A stretch of DNA of 32,831 nucleotides. Source: Polyangiaceae bacterium (GTDB lineage: Bacteria > Myxococcota_A > Polyangia > Polyangiales > Polyangiaceae). The stretch spans positions 1-32,831 of the forward strand of contig DATDEV010000219.1 of assembly GCA_036522995.1 (NCBI GenBank), written 5' to 3'. The translations under genes were made by a program, and so were the position numbers. The first letter of the stretch is position 1; each line of letters starts with the position of its first letter. Below are positions 9,047-16,500 of this stretch, piece after piece. A model generated the notes under the pieces. The model ran no database searches. It saw only the letters and a program-made list of their open reading frames with translations, and was not told the origin of the DNA.

Positions 9047-10610
9047 CCGTGCGCTGCGCCGGCCCTGCGCCAGCCTGTCGCTCGTGGCGCTGCTGTCGAG
9101 CGGCTGCCGCTTCGGCAACGACGACGTGCCGATCGGCAAGGACGTGCCGCTGCTGTATTACGCGGCCCCCGATGGCGACGACGCCAACCCGGGCACTCGC
9201 GAACGACCGTGGCTGAGCTTGAGCCGCGCCAGCGAGCGACTGCGCCCTGGCCAAACGTTGCTGCTCCAAAGCGGAGAATACCTGCTGTCGACGACGGGGC
9301 TACTGGACGTGGACTGCGCGGGCGCCGCACGCGAAGGTCGAGCGGACGCGCCGATCACGGTGCGCGCCGAGCACGAACGCGGCGCAATCCTGCGAGGGGA
9401 CGGCGCCGCGTCGCCGCTGCGGCTGGTCGGCTGCGCCCACTGGGTGGTCGAGGGGCTCGTACTGCAGAGCGCGCATGATGCAAACGTGCCGCAAGGCGTG
9501 GACGTTGGCAGCGTGGCGATGATTCAGGGCGGGCACGACCTCACGCTGCGACGGCTGATCTTGATGCGCCCCAACCGAGAGCGGCACTCGCACGTGCTGC
9601 GGGTGCTGGAAGCCTCCTCCGTGTTGGTCGAGGAGTGCGAGGCATACGATTTTTTCCACAACGCCTTCGAGGCGGTGCGCACCAACCGCGTCACCTTTCG
9701 TCGCAACTACTTGCACTCGCGCTTCGCGACCAGCGCTAGCAAAGTCGCCAGCAACGACGAGCCGACGCGCGGCGAAGTGGCAATCCAGGTCGAGGAGTCG
9801 TCGTCGTCGCTGCTCGAGAACAACGTGGCCGAGGTGGTCGGGACCGGCTTCAGCGTCGTGGGGCGGGCGGTGGGCTCCTCCTACACCGACCCGGCGCAGT
9901 ATCCGGTCAGCGGGGCGCGGCTGTTCGGCAATTTGGTGCGAGACGCGCTCGGGCAAGGCTTTCGGGTGGAATCCCGCTGCGACGCCGCCACGCCCTGCGA
10001 TCGTCCCGAGCGCATCGTTTCCGATACGCTGATCGTCAACGGCGTCGCGCTGCAGGCTGCGACCGGCTTCTGGGTGGATGCTGCCCCAGGCACTCGGGTC
10101 GACAACGTCACGGCCGTGGACACGATCAACGGGCTGCGCATCCTGCGCGGCGCGCCCAACGCCGGCCTGGTGTTCGCAGCCAGCGCCGCGCGCTCGCTGG
10201 TGCGCGCCTACTCGGGCGTCGCGTTTTGGGCGGAGGCCGCCGACGAGTGGTCGTTCGATCACTGTGCCGCGCAAGCGCCCTCGATCGAAGCGGTGGCGTT
10301 TTCACCGGCGGACGACAACGTGCTGCTACCGGTCACGGCGGCCGGCGACGACAGCTGCGTGGCGTACTTGCCGCCCCGTAGCGCGCTACGCGCGGCCGCC
10401 GGTGCCGAGGGCGACATCGGGGCCAACGTGGTGCGGCGTTACCAGGGCGGCACGCTCACGAGCGAGCCGCTCTGGGAGCCTGGCAGCGGCGCCTTTCCGT
10501 GCGGTGCGATCGTGGCCGGCATCAACGACGATCCGAGCCAGAGCTGCAGCGGCGTGCACGAGCGCCTGCGCGTCGGCAGCCAGGGTTGCCCGCTGCCGAC
10601 CGCGCCCTGA
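9024..10610 (+). CDS. Right-handed parallel beta-helix (pectin lyase-like) lipoprotein
   Basis: GTG at 9024 gives MSRPP...LSLVALLSSG-C (lipobox). YYAAPDGDDANPGTRERPWLSLSRA..LRPGQTLLLQSGEY and PITVRAE are typical of the start of PL9/DUF1565-like beta-helix proteins. Start inferred. Confidence 0.75.
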   Translation: MSRPPATSRALRRPCASLSLVALLSSGCRFGNDDVPIGKDVPLLYYAAPDGDDANPGTRERPWLSLSRASERLRPGQTLLLQSGEYLLSTTGLLDVDCAGAAREGRADAPITVRAEHERGAILRGDGAASPLRLVGCAHWVVEGLVLQSAHDANVPQGVDVGSVAMIQGGHDLTLRRLILMRPNRERHSHVLRVLEASSVLVEECEAYDFFHNAFEAVRTNRVTFRRNYLHSRFATSASKVASNDEPTRGEVAIQVEESSSSLLENNVAEVVGTGFSVVGRAVGSSYTDPAQYPVSGARLFGNLVRDALGQGFRVESRCDAATPCDRPERIVSDTLIVNGVALQAATGFWVDAAPGTRVDNVTAVDTINGLRILRGAPNAGLVFAASAARSLVRAYSGVAFWAEAADEWSFDHCAAQAPSIEAVAFSPADDNVLLPVTAAGDDSCVAYLPPRSALRAAAGAEGDIGANVVRRYQGGTLTSEPLWEPGSGAFPCGAIVAGINDDPSQSCSGVHERLRVGSQGCPLPTAP

Positions 10611-10729
10611 GCACCAGCTCACTCGCTCATCAGGACGCGAAGATCTTGCGCATTACTTATCCAATCCATCCTCACAATGCTTGGTTTCGATGGGCGCAAG
10701 CAAGGTAGTATGTGCGCCAGGAGTCGAAA

Positions 10730-11389
10730 ATGTTGCGTTTGGTGTGCGCGAATCTCAACTACTCGTCGTGGAGCGTACGGCCTTGGCTGGCGCTCATGCA
10801 CGCTGGCTTGCCGTTCAAGCTTCACGACGTCTGGCTCAAGACTCAGTCCGATTGGCGTGAGCGCATCTTGGCGTTTTCAGGCGCTGGCAAGGTGCCGATT
10901 CTGGTCGATGGCTCGCTCAGCATTCATGAGTCGCTCGCCATCTGCGAGTACGTGGCCGAGCTTGCTCCGGCGGCGCGGCTGTGGCCTGCCGATGCTCAGC
11001 TGCGCGCTCGCGGGCGCGCCATCTCCTGCGAGATGCACAGCAGCTTTGCGGCGCTGCGCGAGGCAATGACGATGAATCTGCGGGCCAGAGCGCTTCAGAC
11101 GCCCAAGAGCCCCGCGATCGACGCGGACATCGCGCGGGTGCTGGACATTTGGCGGGCGTCGCTCACGAGCTCCGGAGGCCCGTTTTTACTCGGGGATTTC
11201 AGCATCGCCGACTGCATGTTCTTCCCCGTCGCCACACGCTTTCGCACCTACGGCGTGGCGCTCCCGCTCGAGGCCCAGGCCTATTCGCAAGCCCTGTTCG
11301 CGCTTCCAATGGTGCAGCAGCTCGAGCAGCTCGCACGCGAGACGCCCCCCATCCCCGAGTACGACGCCTACCTCGCTCGGTCCCTGTAA
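10730..11389 (+). CDS. Glutathione S-transferase family protein
   Basis: NYSSWSVRPWL, GKVPIL, ESLAICEY, GPFLLGDFSIADCMF motifs. AGGAG RBS before the ATG at 10730. Confidence 0.92.
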   Translation: MLRLVCANLNYSSWSVRPWLALMHAGLPFKLHDVWLKTQSDWRERILAFSGAGKVPILVDGSLSIHESLAICEYVAELAPAARLWPADAQLRARGRAISCEMHSSFAALREAMTMNLRARALQTPKSPAIDADIARVLDIWRASLTSSGGPFLLGDFSIADCMFFPVATRFRTYGVALPLEAQAYSQALFALPMVQQLEQLARETPPIPEYDAYLARSL

Positions 11390-11402
11390 GATCTCGAGAC
11401 TG

Positions 11403-13418
11403 CTAGCGGGTGAAGGGGACGTTGTCGGTGGTGCCGGCGTAGTCGATGGCGGGCAGGCCTGGCGCGCGCACGGCGTGCCAGCCGGGGCTCGGCGCCGGGA
11501 TGAATAGGCTGCGTCGGCCGTCGCCGTTGTCCTCTTGGTAGGCGGTTACTTGCGTGATCGTCGAACCTGCCTCGTCGAGCACGTCGATGGTGAGCGTGTC
11601 GCCCGGCGGGGCGAAGCGCGGCCGTAGCTCGAGCCCCCAGCGCGTTTGGCCGCGCGCGTCGACCATCAGCGTCCGATACACGCGGCGCGGCCCCGGAGCC
11701 GCCACGCGCCGCTGCACGGCGCTGCCATTCACGACCACGATGCGCTCGAGGAGCTGCTGGTAGTTGTAGTCGCTGATCCACTCCGGTGAGCAATAGCTCA
11801 TGAAATCGACGTGCGTTGCCGGGTCGAATAGCTCGCGCGTCTGGAAGTCGAAGCCCCAGCTGCCCAGCTTGCCTTCGGGGTAGGGGTACTGCTCGTCGGC
11901 ACCCGCGGCGCCGCCGCAGGGCGCGTGCGGCCGGCGATAGACGTGCCCCAGCTCGTGCACGAAGGTGCCGACGGCCGTGTCGGGGTAGCCGATGCCCATG
12001 CCGGCGGTCGCCGCGCCGTCCTGACTGCCGAAGCCGGCGATGCCAGTGGTGCAGCTGCCCTGGCAATACTCGCGGAAGGTCTCGGCCTGCCGCACCAGGC
12101 CGTAGTACGCGAGATCGCTCGGCGGCTCATCGGTATCGCGCAGCTGGCGCATTTGGTCCAGCATGTCCTCGAGGTCGGTGCGGCTGGTGCCCACCACGTC
12201 GTGCATGCTCAGCACCACGCCACTGGTCGGGTACATCGAGTACAGGCGCGCGGTCATCTTCGCGAGCTGCTCCGGCGAGGTGTCGGGCAGCCGTCCCGAG
12301 CCGTCGGCCTCGTAGCGCACCGGCACCAGCATGACCTTGACCGGGCCGGTGGCGCGCGCGCCGACGGCGGCGAGGCCCGTTTCCGGGAAGCGCGCGCCGA
12401 CGGGCGTACCCGGGAGCGGCGTGCATTTCGAGATCTCACGCAGCTCGAGCGAGTACTGCGTGCCCTGTTTGAACGCGTCTTTGGGCAGCGGGATGTTGAA
12501 CGTGGTGGAGCCGTCGTCCTCGCGCGACGCTCCGCTCACGCTCACATTGGCTTCGAAGCGGCGCGGCGCGGCGCCTTCGTCCTGCAGGGTCAGGCGAGCC
12601 AGCAGCTCGCGGCTCTGAAAGCCGCTCTGCGGCTCGACGAACACCCGCACCATCGCCTCACGGTCTTGCACCAGGTCGGCGTTGCGCTGCGCGACTGCCA
12701 GCATGTCCCGCACGATCGGCACTTTGACCCCCTGATAGACCGACAGCTCGCGGATGCGAATGTCGCGCGCCAGGCGCTCGCCTTCCGGGTGTGCCGGCAA
12801 CAGGTCGTCCCAGCCGCACCAGCTGGCTTCGAGGCGCCCTTTCAGCTCCGCTTGCCCGGGCAGCGTGAAGGACCAGCTGCCCTTCGCGCCCTGGCCTTCC
12901 GTGTAGCTCTCGAGCGTGAGCGAGACCTGCACGTCGCTGCAGCTAGCGTTCTGGCAATAGCGAGCCGGGGCTGTCTGCAGCGCGGGGAGGGCCGCTAGCA
13001 GCGCCCGATCGAGCTCGAGCGTGAGCCCGTCCGCCGTGTCCTCGAAGCCCCTGATGCCATCGGCATTGTCTGGATACAGCTTGCTGCTGGCCAGCTCACA
13101 TGAGCTGGTCGGCGGCTGCTGCGGTCCCGCCACGAGCCACAGCGTCGAGTCGTCACCGGGCCCGCACCAGCTACCGAGCATGCCGGACCAGGGCGCTGGC
13201 TCTGGCGCGCTGATCGACGCCGAGCCGCCGCCAGCGCTGCCGCTGCTGCCGCCAGCCAACAGCGCGGGTCCGCCGGCCAGGGACGAGGCGCCGCCGCCCG
13301 CCGGCGCCATGGCCAGCGCTGCCGGCGGCGCGTCGCCTTCGATGTTGCCGGTGCAAGCCCCGAGCGCTGCCACCAGCAGCCACAACGGCGCGCTGCGAAA
13401 GTTCGGGTTGGACTGCAT
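11403..13418 (-). CDS. Zinc metalloprotease lipoprotein (M66-like/metzincin)
   Basis: Lipobox LLVAALGA-C, zinc motif HELGHVYRRPHAPCG, GSWGFD and Met-turn DFMSYC. Start at MQSNP chosen for signal-peptide length. Confidence 0.8.
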   Translation of the reverse strand: MQSNPNFRSAPLWLLVAALGACTGNIEGDAPPAALAMAPAGGGASSLAGGPALLAGGSSGSAGGGSASISAPEPAPWSGMLGSWCGPGDDSTLWLVAGPQQPPTSSCELASSKLYPDNADGIRGFEDTADGLTLELDRALLAALPALQTAPARYCQNASCSDVQVSLTLESYTEGQGAKGSWSFTLPGQAELKGRLEASWCGWDDLLPAHPEGERLARDIRIRELSVYQGVKVPIVRDMLAVAQRNADLVQDREAMVRVFVEPQSGFQSRELLARLTLQDEGAAPRRFEANVSVSGASREDDGSTTFNIPLPKDAFKQGTQYSLELREISKCTPLPGTPVGARFPETGLAAVGARATGPVKVMLVPVRYEADGSGRLPDTSPEQLAKMTARLYSMYPTSGVVLSMHDVVGTSRTDLEDMLDQMRQLRDTDEPPSDLAYYGLVRQAETFREYCQGSCTTGIAGFGSQDGAATAGMGIGYPDTAVGTFVHELGHVYRRPHAPCGGAAGADEQYPYPEGKLGSWGFDFQTRELFDPATHVDFMSYCSPEWISDYNYQQLLERIVVVNGSAVQRRVAAPGPRRVYRTLMVDARGQTRWGLELRPRFAPPGDTLTIDVLDEAGSTITQVTAYQEDNGDGRRSLFIPAPSPGWHAVRAPGLPAIDYAGTTDNVPFTR

Positions 13419-13519
13419 TGCTGCAACTCTCCAGCAATCTAGGTGCATCAAGTCAACGTCCGCGGCTCAGAAAAAGTACACGGCGGTGAAGGGTCGATAA
13501 CTTTCTGTCTGCGGGCCCT

Positions 13520-16500
13520 TTACGTGCCGACGCCGGTGCCTAGGCGTTCGCGGAGGGTCAAATGGGCGGTGCTCACCGAATAGGTGACCAGCTTTTCGAC
13601 GCGCATGTTCACGGCGGGCGCGCCCTCTTCGCCCGGAATGCTCTTGATCAGCGTGACCGCGTGCTCCAGGTCCTGGCACATCACCAGCCCCGCGCGGTCA
13701 GCCGCGTAGTCGACGGAGTGCGCCCATTTCTTCAGGTCCAGCGAATCGGCGGAGCGCAGCAGCCTGGAGACCACGTCGGTCAATTGCTCGCGTTGGCGCG
13801 CTGGCAGCGGCGTGAGCGAAAGCTCGCGCGTGGCCTGATTGACGAGCGGCTCGAGCTCGCCCGACACCGGGAATTTCGGCTTCACCAGCCGGATCGCTGC
13901 GAACACCCAGCTCTTGAGCGCCGTCATGTTGCTGAGCACTTGGCGTAAGAAGAAGCCCGGCACGAAATAGGCAAGGCTGCGGCCCGCCACGAAGGCCGTG
14001 GTGACGAGCGGCAAGTCCGAGCCGAACGCGCCGGCGCCGAGCGCGATCGAAGGCGGCGTCGTGGGCAGGAAGGTGAGCACGCCGGCGTCCTGCTGATTCT
14101 GGAACACCGCCGGCTCAGGCACGCCCAGCGCATCTGCCGCTGTCGCGATGGCTTGCATCAGCCCATGCGGGTAGGTCTCGGCGCTCAGCAGGTGCTCGGG
14201 CGTCAGGCCGTAGGCTTCGATATTGCGACCGCGCGCGGCGAGCGCCAAGGGCTCGATCAGCGCCATCAGCGCGGTGACCGCCGGATCGTGCTCGACGGGC
14301 AGGATGTACTCGGGCCAATCCGACAGCGCCACGCTGTCCTGAGCGGGCTGCGGCTCCCCGTTGCGCAGACGCCCGTAAAAGCGCTCCTCGTCGGGCTCGG
14401 CGCGACCGAGCACGTGCAGCGCCTGGCAGGCGCTCCAGGCGCCGTCGGCGTGCCGCACACCGGTATAGACGCGGCGCAGCAGCTGATACGGCTCGCTTTG
14501 GTAGGGATCGCGCTCGACCCACTCGCCGAGCAGCGGCACCGATTCCGCGAACGAGCCTCCGGCGTCTTCGGCGTAAAGCCGCGCCAGGCGCTCCGCCCAG
14601 CGCGTGTTCTCCGGCTCCAGCTGATGCGCCGAGGTGCAGACAGCGATGGCCTGCTCCGGGCGCTTGAGCTGCCGCTCGTAGACGTCCGCCAGTTGCCAGA
14701 GCGCGGTGAGCAATAGCTCGCGGTCGTCGGCGTCTTGTGCGTGCGTGACGCGTAGCTTGAGCAGCTCCTTGACGCCCTCCCAATCGCGCGCCTTCTGGCG
14801 CTGCACCAGCGCCTCGTCGAGCGCGGGCGTCAGCGACGAGTCGAACTCGAGCGAGCGCTCGAGCAATTGGCGGGCCAGCGTCGCGTCGCCCAGCTCGCGT
14901 GAAGCGATCATGCTGGCGGTGTGCAGGTACTTGGCCTTGTGCTTCTTTTCGTCCACCACCTCGGCCAGCTTGGTGATGACTTGAATCAGCGCCGGCCAGT
15001 CCTTGCCCGCGCCGTAGAGCTGCATCAGCTTGGTCAGGATGTCGCGATCGTTGGGCTTCTCGCTCAGCGCCAGCAGGTAGCTCTTGGCGGCGTAATCGGG
15101 GTTTTTGAGGCGCGTGGCGGCCAGGTCGCCGATCTGCATCAGCAGCTTGCTGCGCTCGTCGCCGAGCGTGCGCTCCAGCTTGCGGTACAGCGTTTCTAGC
15201 GCCTGGTCGTAGCGCCCGCGCGCCGAGTGCGCCTTGGCGATACCGTCGAGCGGTGACAGGTCGCGCCCATCGGTGTCGAGCGCTCGCTCGAGCGCCACGA
15301 TGCCTTCGTCTTCGCGCCCCAGCGCGATCAGCGCCTCGCCGCGTAGGCGTTCGGCCCGCGCTGCATCGCCCAGGCCGAGCGTCGGCCCCAGCCGCTGCAG
15401 CAGCTCTTGCGTCAAGGTGTAGGCCTGCTCCGGAGCGTCGTGCTTCGACGCCAGCTCGGCGACGGCCAGCATCGCGCGCGCGTCGTCGTTCAAGAAACGG
15501 CGCAGCCCGTCGATCATGACCATGGCCTTCTCGGCCGCGCCGCCCTTGACCAGCGCCTCGATGTACAGCCGCGCGACCTCGGCTGACTCGGTGAGCTCCA
15601 TGCCCTCCAGCACCGAAATCACCGGCTCCAGGCGCTTGGCAGCCTCCACGAAGCGGCCTTCGTCGTAGGCGATGCGCCCCAGCACGCGCAGCGCTCCCGG
15701 ATCGGTCGGATCGAGGTGAAACGCCAGCTGCGCCATCGAGCTGGCGCGCTCGACGTCCTGCAGCTGCCTCAGGTAGAGTACCGCAATCTGACCTGCCAAC
15801 TTGGAGCGCTGGTGCGCGCCCTGGGCGTTTTCAAGCTCGCCTTCGAGCAGGTCCACGACGCCGGCGTAGTTGCCCATGATCACGTACTTGGTCTTGAGCT
15901 TGGCGCGCGCGACGCCGTCCTCGGGCGCCGTGTCGATGGCGCGCTTCAGCTGCCCGATCGCAGCCTCCAGGTCACCCTGCTCCTCGAGCAGCACGGCAGC
16001 GCGTAGGTACTGCTCGGCTCGCTCCCTGGGGGTGCGGGCGGCCTCGGCCAGGGCTTCGATGGCGTCGAGCGCGCTCTCCGAGTCGCCGGCCGTCGCGCGC
16101 AGCGTCGCCAGCGCATCGAGCGCGCCTTTGTGCCCGGGCTGCAGCGAAAGCACCAGCTCGTAGGCTTCGATGGCGCGCTGCGGCGCGGCCAGCTCGCTGC
16201 TCAGCACGCGCCCGAGCGCCAGACCTACCTCCAGCCGCCAGGCGTCGTCGCTGCTCTTGTCGAGCTGCCGCTGGTAGAGCTCCGACAGCGGCACGAAGCG
16301 ATCGAGCACGCGGTAGTGCCGCCCCAGCTCGCGCGCCGCGTCGATCCGCGTGGGATCGAGCGCCAGCACTTGCTCCAGCGCGAGCGCCGACTGCTCGTGA
16401 TCCAGAAACTCTTCGTCCCACACGCCGGCGATGCGCTCGAGCAGCGTGATCTTCTGGCGCGCCGTGACTGCCAGCTCGACCTCGCGCTGCAATACCGAAA

